From: Octopus bimaculoides
Taxonomy: Eukaryota
NCBI RefSeq assembly: GCF_001194135.2
Contig: NC_068993.1
Location: forward strand, 36,454,897 to 36,487,761
Direction: 5' to 3'
DNA length: 32,865 bases
A model generated the notes under the pieces. It saw only the letters and a program-made list of their open reading frames with translations, was not told the origin of the DNA and did not search any database. Numbering within the stretch: the stretch's first letter is position 1; each line of letters begins with the position of its first letter. Positions 22,427 to 32,865 of the stretch are shown here, piece after piece. The position numbers and the translations under genes were made by a program.

Positions 22427-23738
22427 GTGATCATCATTTTCTGCCTCTTTCATTGTTATTTTCACCTGATTCAGTAGATTTATGATTAAGGACTTCTAGA
22501 CATCTTGTCTTTCAGATATATAAATGTATCTAGGACTACATTCTCTAACATGTCCTTCCTTTGTTTCTCACATAATAGTTTGTGATTTGAGAAATATCTG
22601 GCTTCTATTTCTAGCAAGTTAACTGTGGAAGAGTTAGTGTTTTTGCCTATTGATGTTTATAAATTGTTTATTTTATACCCATTTTTTTCTGTCATATCTG
22701 CTTCTAAATGTAGGTTATCATAACACTGTTTAAGTACACTATGAACATGTCTACCGTATTTTACTAAACTATATTATATTGTACTGTTTAATATTGTACT
22801 CTATTATATTTATCTGCACTATATTCTAACTATACAGTTATCTACTAAGTTATACTTTATTATATTGTACACCGAAATAGATTAAGGATAAATATGTATT
22901 TAACTCGTACATTAACACAATAGAGAGAATCGTACGTATGTATGTATGTATGTATGTATGCCTGCTATGATTTAGGCTTATTTCTAGATTTTTTGCTAAT
23001 GGGGAAAGAGCTAGTTTCTAACTTAGAACCAAGGTTCCTTCATTGGAAATTCAAAAGCAACAGGGTTGTTGTGCATATGTGTTTATATGTGCAAGTATTT
23101 GGCATCAGTACATATATACATCTGTATTTGTTTCATGCATGTGTACATATAACTACATATCTATACATGTGCATATGTACTTCTGTTTACATTTAGCTGC
23201 ATGTCTAGACATGTTCATATGTACTTATATGCTAAACTTTTAGAAAGTTTTGCATATAGCTCCATTGAGGGCTTGTATCTGTAGTCTTTTAATTAGCTTT
23301 TTTGTTTCTGGTTTTGGGAACCCTAATTTCTCAAGATTGATCCTGAGGTAGTTGGTTATATATTCAAGTGCCCCAATAATTACATGTATTAAATCTAAAC
23401 TGGTAGTCCGAGTGGAGTAGCTGTAAATTTCTCAATAGTTCAACAGAGGTATATATGTGCATGTATGTAATTTTGCATGTACATATGTATGTGTGTGTGT
23501 TTGCATATGTATGTATATGCATGTATGTAATTTTGTATGTGCATATATGTGTGTGTGTGTGTTTGCATACGTATGTATATGTGTCTATTTGAATGTATAT
23601 GTGTGTTTGTATGTATATAGGTATGTGTGTATGTATGTACATATCCATGTATGTATGCATATGTGTTTGTTTTTTGTATATATTTCTTTCTTTACATTGT
23701 GTCAATATTAGAAACATTATTATTTTTTTTTTTTTTGA

Positions 23739-23858
<120 letters not shown>

Positions 23859-25582
23859 TAAGACATCGGCAACAAATTTGATATCTTTCTCCTTCACCTC
23901 ATCACTACCATCATCATCATCATTATGGTCATCATCATTTAACGTCCATATTCCATGCTGGCATATGAGTTGGATGGTTCAACAAGGATCCAACAAGCCT
24001 GAGGACTGTGTTGAATTCCAATGTACTACAAGTTATAAGTGAGTGTCGCCATCAAACAAGGTGTGTCCCTTTCAGTCAGTCTTCTATGAAAACATGTCTG
24101 GCTGTAGAACATCTGCCTCAGTGAATTACATCTGATTGATGCAAGCTTGGAAAATTGGACATTTAAACGATTAGGATAACAGATATATCATCATCATCAT
24201 CATTATCGTTTAACATCCATTTTCCTCTCTGTCATGGATTTTGTTTCTTTTGGATAGCTTAAACAGAATCTGATGAGCCAGAGCACAACATTGTCTGCTT
24301 TGGCATGATTTCTATAGCTGGATGCCCTTCCTGATGTCAACCACTTTACAAAGTGTTCAAAGTGTTTTTGCTTTTATTTACCACTGGCACTAGGGAGGTC
24401 ACCAAGTAACTCACAAGAAAAGACAACTCGACTGAGTTGGGGTGCAGTATTGAGAGAGGTGGAGTTACGCCAGGTGTTGAGGGGCTACCTTAGCAGGAGA
24501 GGGAGAAAGGATGGTGGAGATGTGGTGTCAAAATGTACCCCTAACGTACATGAAAATGGATAAGAGAGAATAGGGACAGAGAACCAAAGATGGCTGGATG
24601 GGTAGGTTTGGGAGAATGGAGAAAGGGCTAGAGATGAGGACGGAGATGATTGTAGTGGATGGAAACATGGTCAGTGGTGAATCTTTGTTTGCTGGGAGAA
24701 GGTAAAGAAAAATAAGAGTAGGTCATTGACATTTTTTGGGGTTGCCTACTCTGAGTAATTATATTTTGATGTATACCACAGATGTCTCTCAGTATTGGTT
24801 CAGAGTGATAACACCTGTACACAGACAAGTATTGATCATTATGTTTTATCAAATTTATTGACATAACTTTATTGGTTCTTTCATTCATCCATTTGCTTTT
24901 ACATCTGTTTTTACATGCTAGAATGGTTTAGATATATATATTATTGCAACATTGTTGTACAGCCAGATTCCCTTTCTGTCGTTAATTTTTTGACGAGTAA
25001 ATGTGACAACACCACCACCACCCATAACTTGCGGGTTTTGTAGAGCACAAATGTAAAAGCAACACACAGACACATGCACACACAGTTGTCTCGTTAGACT
25101 AGTGTGACCATCATTGACAAATCATCTTGTTTCTATTCTTTTCAGTGACCATGTGACCTACAGTGGCTTTTAAAGCCAGTAAGTGACTTGCATTTTATGC
25201 TGCAGATATTGCATTCATGTTTATGTGTTGTAACTGGGTACTCTTTTGGTGCAGTACTTTGTGTCCTTTCATATGCTTTATGAACCCCTATTGGCTGAAA
25301 GTTCCCTACCACATAGACACATATGTGATTAGTTGCTTGAAATTGGTTCTATTCAACTTGAGGCATTTCATTGCATTTGCATTGGTAACTTGTGAGGCCA
25401 ACTCTGGAGAGGAAAACTTGTCCACATTCATTACACACAAACTGTGAGACTGTTGAACCAACAGATTTTCTTTTCCTGGCTGCTCACTTTAGATTAACCC
25501 ATTCTTATGTAGATTTCTGAAACTTCCTGATGTCATTGGTTATTTTTTTGCATGTCAATTATTTCTGTCTAGTTCTGAAATT

Positions 25583-25930
25583 TCAGTCTTTGACATAATC
25601 CTTAAAATACAATTTTGGTTCATTCTGTGGTCTCGTACCAGATGCTAGCTCATAATATAAAATTTGTTTGGGGATTCTACTGCCATCTAAACAAATAAGA
25701 TAGCCTACATAGCAGAGTCTGTGTTTATAGGTGTGAGCTCCAATGATAAGAGTGTCAGCATTTTGACATACTTCAGAATCACATATGTGAACACCTAGAA
25801 TATTACAAAGGCATTGTTGATGAAAATTCTCTAGAATTTTGAGATGTCTGTGGTGGGCACCCCAAGTTTCAAAATAGTAAAGCAATACAAAATACATCTG
25901 TGCATGCCTATATGCATACTGCTCAGACAT
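25583..25930 (-). pseudogene. RTE-BovB-like LINE ORF2 C-terminal remnant
   Basis: LLYYFETW...ILENFHQQCLCNIL...DGSRIPKQILYYELASGTRPQNEPKLYFKD follows the RTE pattern LLYGxETW...LExFHQRCLRxIL...RIPKQLLYGELxxGxRxxGRPKLRYKD. Confidence 0.85.
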
Positions 25931-26339
25931 TATCCAGCCTCTGGATCACAAGTGTGCTTTTTTCCTCTCTCTACCTTTTCTATTACTACTATCATGTCTC
26001 TTTAGGGCTTATGTAAAACTGTAACATATGATGTTTCCTTCTCATTTTTAAGATAAATGAGTATGACTTTAGAGAAATTTGGCTGCTATTTTTAACAGGC
26101 TAAGAGTGTTGTTTGCATGTATGACCTCTTTTCTATAGCACTCTTTGACCAGATCCAAATACAATGAACATTAATTAATTCTGTAAATCTTTTATTGATT
26201 GAAATAATTTCTCTTATCATGTTATGATGTATTGTAATAAGGTTAACACCTCCAAACAAACAGCACTTTGGAATGAGGGCACACACTTTGTGACTGCTTA
26301 TTGTTCTTGTTCAGCCATTTATGTATTTAGGATTATAGG

Positions 26340-26754
26340 CACTAGTGTCGCTGTGTGGTTCAGAAACTTGCTTCTCTGTCGAGTATTTTCAAGTTCAATC
26401 CCTCTGTGTGGCACTTTGGCAAGGTGTTTTCTACTATAGCCCTGAACTGACAAAAAGCCTTGTGCACTGGCTCAGGAACAAAATTTGCCTAGAGAGTGCA
26501 AACCCGGGTCCAAAATTTTTTTCCAAAGTTTTCTTGTTTTTTTTTCTTTTTTTTTTTTTTTTTTTTTGTTCTTTGAGAAGAAACCTAACTTGAAGCTAAT
26601 TTTTACGGATCACTTTTTACTCACTGTTTTCTAAACCCGAGAAAAATAAGTAGGAGTGCAAACTTTGATTTTGCACGGCAAAAAATTTTAGGAGGTGCAC
26701 TTGCACCCTCTGGAGTGAATTCAGGAGATGAAAACTGAAAGAAGCTGCTCATCC

Positions 26755-26810
<56 letters not shown>

Positions 26811-27060
26811 CCTTGTCTAGATATCACATGATGGTTGCAAACAAGCATCACCATTCTAGAAGTGATATGGTTCACTTCTAGTCTTATGTGGCAAACATGT
26901 CTGGCCATGGCGAAATATCTTGCTTTAAAACAGGTAAGGGTTGGTGACAGGAGGAGCACCCAGCCATAGAAGACCTGCCTCATTGAATTCTATATGAATT
27001 CCATGCAAATATTGAAAAGTAGATGTTAAAAGAATGATGATGATGGCAACAATGACGATG
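26340..27060 (+). mobile_element. Composite degenerate SINE (B-like head, C-like tail) interrupted by a ~250-bp insert at about 26465-26713
   Basis: The family B sequence AAAGCCTTGTG|AGTGGATT is split by unrelated sequence. A (GT)n tract follows at about 26757-26807. Confidence 0.55.
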
Positions 27061-27649
27061 ATGACACCATATACCATGTATTAAGAGGTGACTAAAAGGG
27101 GTTACCATCAAGAAGGACTTCTAACCATAAAACTGCATTAAAAAGGGACCCCATGATGACTATAATTAATTAGATAAGGGTGACATGCAGCCCAAAGTAC
27201 CCCATGGTATAGAGACAGTCCTGACCCCTCTCATCACAACTCGAGGTGAATTTAGTTCATTTAAGATGGCCGAATGCCTGATGTCCCTTATGGAGATTTG
27301 GATGTGGAATGCAAGGACAATGACAGGGAGATCAGGGAAAGTGGTAGGGGTACCAATCAAAAAAGAGGGGACATGTTATGTGCAGTAGCCAAACTGCATA
27401 TGGAAGATGTGAAAGAGAGGTGAAGAGAAGGCAGAGGTAGAAGTTTGTGTAGCAAAGTTGATTTGACAAACCCATACAAGAGCATCCAGAAGATGTGAGT
27501 GGCGTTGGTGTTTTTATCTTTCTAGAATTTGTGGATCCTGTGATGAGTGAATTGAAGGAGTGAAATTAGCAATTGATGATATATAGAAACTAGTTGATGG
27601 AAAGTTGTACACACATATGTATATTAAAGTATCATTGTTATTATTATTC

Positions 27650-27870
27650 AGGCGGCAAACTGGCAGAATCATTAGCACGCCGGGCAGAATGCTTAGCAGT
27701 GTTTCTCCCATCACTGTTCTGAGTTCAAATTCCGCTTAGGCTGACTTTGCCTTTTATCCTTTCAGGGTCAGTAAATTAAGTACCAGTGAAACACTGGGGT
27801 CAATGTATTTGACTAGTCCCCCTCCTCCAAATTTCAGGCCTTGTGCCTTTAGTAGAAAGGATTATTATTT
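27650..27870 (+). mobile_element. SINE family A, full-length copy
   Basis: Colinear with 2251-2470 from the head to the AGTAGAAAGGATTATTATT tail. Confidence 0.8.
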
Positions 27871-28016
27871 TTTTATTATTATAAAAATAATGATAATAAC
27901 ATTTATTGATGGCAGGATGCTATAGTGAGACTAATCAAATTTATAGTGAAAATCAATTTGACTGGGACTTCAAGTCTTACCTAACAGTTTGTTCAACCCT
28001 TCCACACACACACACA

Positions 28017-28575
28017 CATCATCATCATCATCGTTTAACATCCGCTTTCCATGCTAGCATGGGTTGGACGATTTGACTGACAACTGGTGAAACCAGATGG
28101 CTACACCAGGCTCCAATCTGATTTGTCAGAGTTTCTACAGCTGGATGCCCTTCCTAACGCCAACCACTCCAAGAGTGTAGTGGGTGCTTTTACGTGCCAC
28201 CAACACGAAGGCCAGTCATGCGGTACTGGCAACGGCCACGCTCAAAATGGTGTATTTTATGTGTCACCCGCACAAGAGCCAGTCCAGGGGCACTGGCAAC
28301 GCTCTTGCTCAAAAATCCTTACACATGCCACGGGCACAAGTGCCAGAAAGGCGACGCTGGGCACAGGTGCCATCCCGATTTCGCTTTTGCTTGCCCCAAT
28401 AAGTCTTCGCAAGCTGAGCTTCGTGTCCAATGAAGGAGACAACGTTGGCATGGGTGCCAGTCATCGAATTTAGTTCGGTTTAGATTTCACTTGCCTCAAC
28501 AGGTCTTTGCAAGCGGAGTTTAGTGTCCAATGAAGGAAAGGTACGCATAAGTGGGCTGGCTACACCCCTGGCAGA
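28017..28575 (-). mobile_element. SINE family C / LINE-tail composite with hairpin units and an internal ~100-bp-period duplication
   Basis: (CAT)n tail at about 28020, reverse-complement family C body to about 28340, and GCAAGC-GAG-TT-GTGTCCAATGAAGGA repeated near 28410 and 28510. Confidence 0.7.
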
Positions 28576-28615
28576 GGCACACACACAAATTATATACATG
28601 TATGTATTTATGTGT

Positions 28616-28860
28616 GGAGGTGAGTGGCTTAGTGGTTAGGGTGTCAGCATCATGATCGTAAGATTGTGGTTTCGATTCCTGGACCGGGCGACACATTGTG
28701 TTCTTGAGCAAAACACTTCATTTCACATTGCTCCAGTCCACTCAGCTGGCAAAAATGAGTAATGTTGCAATGGACTGGCGTCCCGTCCAGCTGGGGAACA
28801 CATACGCCATTGAAACTGGGAGACCGGGCCCATGAGCCTGGCTAGGCTTTAAAAGGGCGC
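28616..28860 (+). mobile_element. tRNA-derived SINE family D (single copy in window)
   Basis: A box TGGCTTAGTGG (28625-28635) and B-box-like GGTTTCGATTCC (28668-28679). It has no tRNA cloverleaf 3' end and continues as a SINE-like body. Confidence 0.65.
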
Positions 28861-29544
28861 AAAAAAAAACAAAAACATGTATTTATGTAGGTAAGTAAGT
28901 AGATACATAGGGAGTGGGAGGGAGGGATGTGAGCGGGTTGGTTGGTTGGTTTCAGTGCACAGTCTTGTGGTTAAGATGATTAATTCCTCACCATGGGCCA
29001 ACTAAAACCTTGTGAGTGGATTCAATTGAAAGAAACTGAAAAAAGCCTGTTGTATATAATGTGTGTTCCCTTGTCTTGATATCACCTGATACCTGTAAAT
29101 GAGCATCACCATCAAACTGGTGATGTTTGTGTTCCAGTCCTCCATGAGGAATATGTCTGGCCATGGAAAAATATGACTTTGGTTGGAAACAGACAAAGGT
29201 TTATATCCAGCCATAGAAATTCTGGCCTATGCAAGCTGGGAAAAGTGAACATTAAAATGTTGTTGTTACTATTGCTGCTAGCAACAGCAGCAGCAGCAGC
29301 TGTTATAGTGGCAGTAGTGATATTTATCATTCTGCAATTAATATTTATTTCTGTCTTAATTACTGAAAATGCTCTCCAGAGTTCATGACCCACAGTCCAG
29401 TTCAAATTCCCAATCTTTATTAAATTTCTTCACAAAATGAAATTTCACTGTATTTTTAATTTTTGCTGTGTTCTTACCTTCTTTAGTTTTGTGAATTTTA
29501 TGTATGTCTTCCATTCTTTAATATTGTCTCCAATTCTTATACAG

Positions 29545-29625
29545 CTATGGTTGGTTTGGCATCAACCAAGAGAAATCGCATAACATGGTCATGAACTACA
29601 TTGCCCTGGCTTTTGCTGTCATGAG
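29545..29625 (+). CDS. TMEM144: TMEM144-like coding exon 4 (81 nt, phase 2-2)
   Basis: Encodes (S)YGWFGINQEKSHNMVMNYIALAFAVM(S), matching the GWFG...NYIG region of TMEM144. Acceptor TTCTTATACAG; donor AG/GTAAAT. Not in the ORF track. Confidence 0.9.
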
Positions 29626-29691
29626 GTAAATTAACGTAATATTGATTTCAAATTTTGGCACTAGGCCAGCAATTTTATGTGAGGGGTAAGT

Positions 29692-29845
29692 TGATTACAT
29701 CAACCCCAGCGTTCAACTGATACTTACTTTATCGACCATGAAAGGATGAGAGGCAAGGTTGCCCTTGGTGGAATTTACTCACAATGTAAAGACAGACAAA
29801 ATGCTACTAAGCATCCCACCCAGCGTGCTAACAATCCTGACTTGC
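29692..29845 (-). mobile_element. Degenerate SINE family A copy
   Basis: Reverse-complement similarity to 27650-27810. Confidence 0.65.
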
Positions 29846-30126
29846 ATTAACATATTATGATAAATTATGCTATCAAGACATAGCAACCATTTAAGGAACC
29901 TTGACATGGTTTCTTCCTACTGAAAATAGCAACAAATCCTTCCTCAATTCACATCTTGACCATCTTTACAAAAAAAGAGAAAGGGCACATTGGATAATGT
30001 TGCCCTAGATAAATTATAACAGGAAAAAGGCCATACTGATCACTGCTAGATTTAAGATAATGTTTTCATGGTGGAAACATTTTTTATCATTGGTCTGCTC
30101 ACCCAGTGCTAGTCTGAGGCTAAATA

Positions 30127-30164
<38 letters not shown>

Positions 30165-30439
30165 AACAAAAATACATGTTCAAATGCTACCCACTGATAT
30201 TCACAATGCCAAAAATAAGACTGTGATCCTCATTGAAAAGGCCTGTGATCAAAGGCTGAAACACCTTTGATTATCCATCTGCTCAGTTAGGGCTGACGTA
30301 GAGCCAAATAACTATAGATATATATATATTCAGGCACAGGCATGCCTGTAGACATCATTTAATATCCACTTTCTGTAGTTTCTACAGCTGGATGCCTTTT
30401 CTAATGCCAACCACTTTACAGAGATATAGGCTTGACTGT

Positions 30440-30720
30440 AAGCACAAGCATAGCTGTGTGGTTCAGAAGTTTAGTTCCCAGCAACATAGTTCCAGTTCAG
30501 TCCCACTGCATGGCACCATAAGCAAGTGTATTCCCCTATAACACCAAGCCAACCAAAGCCTTGTGTGTAGATTTGATACATGAAAACTGAAAGAAAGGCC
30601 ACCATATACATGTGTTTGTGTCTCTTTGTTTTGACATAGTTTAATAGTTGTAAATTAGTGTTGCTGCAATAGTCTGAAAAAACATGTCAGGCCTTGGGGA
30701 AATGTTACCTTGCTTGGGGG
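30440..30720 (+). mobile_element. Degenerate SINE family B copy
   Basis: GCATAGCTGTGTGG...CAGTTCAGTCCCACTGC...AACCAAAGCCTTGTG...AAAACTGAAAGAAA. Confidence 0.6.
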
Positions 30721-30846
30721 TGATCAGGAAGAAGAGCATCTGGCCATTAGAGAATCTGCCTCGATAAACTCCATCTGATCCATGCAAATAGATATTAAAA
30801 TGGTGGTGGTGGTGGCAACATTGATGATGATGTATTTATTTTACAG

Positions 30847-30916
30847 TGGAATTACCTACACTTTGGTGAAAAGTGAAGTAACAACTTCAGACTCACATGA
30901 CCCTCCATACAGAGAG
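30847..30916 (+). CDS. TMEM144: TMEM144-like coding exon 5 (70 nt, phase 2-0); gene continues beyond the window
   Basis: Encodes (S)GITYTLVKSEVTTSDSHDPPYRE; VKSE matches the IKSE motif at the end of the first TM bundle as I recall it. Acceptor TTTTACAG; donor GAG/GTAAGA. Confidence 0.85.
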
Positions 30917-31819
30917 GTAAGACTTCATTTTAATTTTTGCTCTCTTGCAACATCATAAGGGTGCAATGAATCCAGTGTTTGGGTTCAAATGAATTGCCCT
31001 TAACTTTGTTTACCTTATTCTCCTTTATGTTGCTTGTGTCTGCATGCATGTACATGTATGTGTGCATGTGTTCATATGCGTATAATATAAATATGTATAT
31101 GTATATATGCATTTACATGTGCATATGTGTTTTTTTAAATGTGTGTGTGTGTGTGTGTATATTTACAGACACACACACACACACACTTATATATATATAT
31201 ATATATATATAGTCAATTCGAGGATGTTATATCCACATTAGGGATTATATAATCAAAAGAATTCCACTGGTTAATCACTATCATATAAAGAGAATGTCTC
31301 TGCAATATGTTAGGGATTATTGTAGTAATACATATTATTAATATTGAAAGAAAGAAAATGGAGGAAGATGGATGGATGAATAATTCATTTATATGATATA
31401 AAGATGTAATTTTTTTAAAAATTACTATACAAATAAATTATAAGTTGTAAAGCTCAAAAATAAAATAGGAGACGCAAAAAAACCTACATATATGTTTCAG
31501 TTCTAACCCCTAGTTGATATGCAATTCTAAGCATTTGGTTATATACTAAGAATGGTATAATTTTCAACTATTTGGGGCAGAACTTCTTCAGGGTTATTAT
31601 GAGCTTATAGAACAGAAGTTAACATGTTTCTTGGAAGGATGCATACAAAATTGGGGCTAGAACTGAAACATATATATAGGTTTTTATGCATCTCCTATTT
31701 TATTTTTGAGCCTTACAACTTATTATTTGTATTGTAACTTTTTTTGAAATTTCAACAAATAAATTATTCATACATCCATCTTTTCCCATTTTCTTTCTAA
31801 GTGAAACCAATATCATAGC

Positions 31820-32219
31820 TGGGGCTGGTGTCCCCTAGCTGGCTCCCGTGCCGATGGCACATAAAAAGCACCATCCAAACATGGTTGATGCCAAGTCTGC
31901 CTGACTGCGCAGTGGCATGTAAAAAATACCAACCGATCATGATCAATGCCAGTAACCCCTGACTGGCTCCTGTGCCGGTGGCACGTAAAAAGCACCATCC
32001 GAACATGTTCATTGCCAGACCCACCTTACTGTCTCCTGTGCCGGTGGCACATGAAAAGCACCCACTACACTCTCGGAGTGGTTAGCATTAGGAAGGGCAT
32101 CTAGCTGTAGAAACTCTGCAGACCAGTTTGGAGCCTGGTGCAGCTGCTGACTCTCCAGATCTCAGTCAAACCGTCCAACCCATGCCAGCATGGAAAATGG
32201 ACGTTGATCGATGATGATA
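31820..32219 (+). mobile_element. SINE family C body with four hairpin units
   Basis: GTGCC-NNN-GGCAC units at 31848, about 31907 (degenerate), 31972 and 32038, then the shared body and (GAT)n tail. Confidence 0.8.
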
Positions 32220-32519
32220 ATATATATGCATGTATATAAAAGAAAGAGGGAAAGACAAACTGTGTCACAACAAACCAAATAGTATGTTTTTTTTTAATTC
32301 ATCTCTCTCTCAAACTTCACTTTCAATAGCATTCCCTTCACACATGCAATTATAAACATAATTCATATATGAAAACATATTCATCCTAACGGTAGAGATA
32401 ATTTTGATTACACATTAGCATGTAATCAGTAATCATATGATCACAATTTTTGCATAATTAATGCATATAGTTAATGAGGTCATCACCTGATTTGACTGAG
32501 ATAATTAATTGTGTGTGTG

Positions 32520-32520
<1 letters not shown>

Positions 32521-32550
<30 letters not shown>

Positions 32551-32865
32551 GACGACCGCTCCATCTTGACAGACGATAGCCATCCCATCAACAATCCACA
32601 CATATCATCACGCAGTACAATCACTCCGTTGGTGAGCCCTCAAGTGACTTTGAAGTCCGGCTGCTGAGCGACAAGGTCTACAGCACAGATGACAAATGTT
32701 CAAGCCTCTTGATCCTTGCTCGCTGGTATCTGATTCTAAGGAAACGCCTCTGTGAACCAGCATATGTCTCTTAAGTCCGGGTATTGTTTTACAAACCTTG
32801 TGACATACGCCACAGGTCGCAGAAGGCGGTTGGTATTTAGGGTGTCTGGAATTTCTACCCTCATA
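32521..32865 (-). mobile_element. Probable LINE 3' end: open frame with two C2H2 zinc fingers (32608-32865), short 3' UTR and (TA)n tail
   Basis: Manual minus translation gives YEGRNSRHPKYQPPSATCGVCHKVCKTIPGLKRHMLVHRGVSLESDTSEQGSRGLNICHLCCRPCRSAAGLQSHLRAHQRSDCTA*. Both fingers are C-x2-C-x12-H-x3-H. The stop at 32608-32610 is followed by 57 nt and then (TA)n. Confidence 0.7.

Noticed and set aside
27080-27520. Possible decayed LINE endonuclease fragment (PTTFPDLP) on the minus strand
   Set aside because: Only a faint motif resemblance and no catalytic motif could be read; needs a profile search.
28087-28473. 128-aa ORF and overlapping ORFs (also 11296-11670, 17882-18321, 9109-9407)
   Set aside because: They lie wholly within GC-richer SINE copies and show no recognisable protein motif.
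31848-32062. CRISPR-like spacing of palindromic repeats (about 66-bp period; also 11415-11680)
   Set aside because: The spacers resemble one another, the repeats are degenerate, the array sits inside a dispersed SINE with a (GAT)n tail, the DNA is eukaryotic and there are no cas genes.

Overview
This is AT-rich, microsatellite-rich eukaryotic genomic DNA with one assembly gap (19982-20355). It is most likely from a coleoid cephalopod (Octopus-like); that assignment comes from my recall of its SINE/RTE repeat families and is not verified. The one well-supported host gene is a TMEM144 orthologue (DMT-superfamily multi-pass membrane protein) on the + strand. Five coding exons (16106-16283, 22307-22426, 23758-23857, 29545-29625, 30847-30916) splice through canonical GT-AG sites into a stop-free 183-codon frame that continues beyond the window. 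A candidate promoter and non-coding first exon lies at about 8480-8686. Most of the rest is transposon debris: five RTE-type LINE remnants (all on the - strand), a decayed hAT/Charlie-type transposase, a truncated Tc1 element, and four tRNA-headed SINE families (labelled A-D here). Most entries in the ORF track are spurious repeat or microsatellite readthroughs. I found no convincing new multi-gene system. The best leads are a two-C2H2-finger reading frame at the right edge that the ORF track missed, a signal-peptide-like N-terminal extension of TMEM144, an M-box/CLEAR-like + DRE + ETS promoter cluster, a 72-nt pre-miRNA-sized hairpin, and a SINE/LINE pair sharing a 3' tail with variable-copy hairpin arrays. 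Repeat boundaries are read by eye and approximate; exon boundaries are exact.
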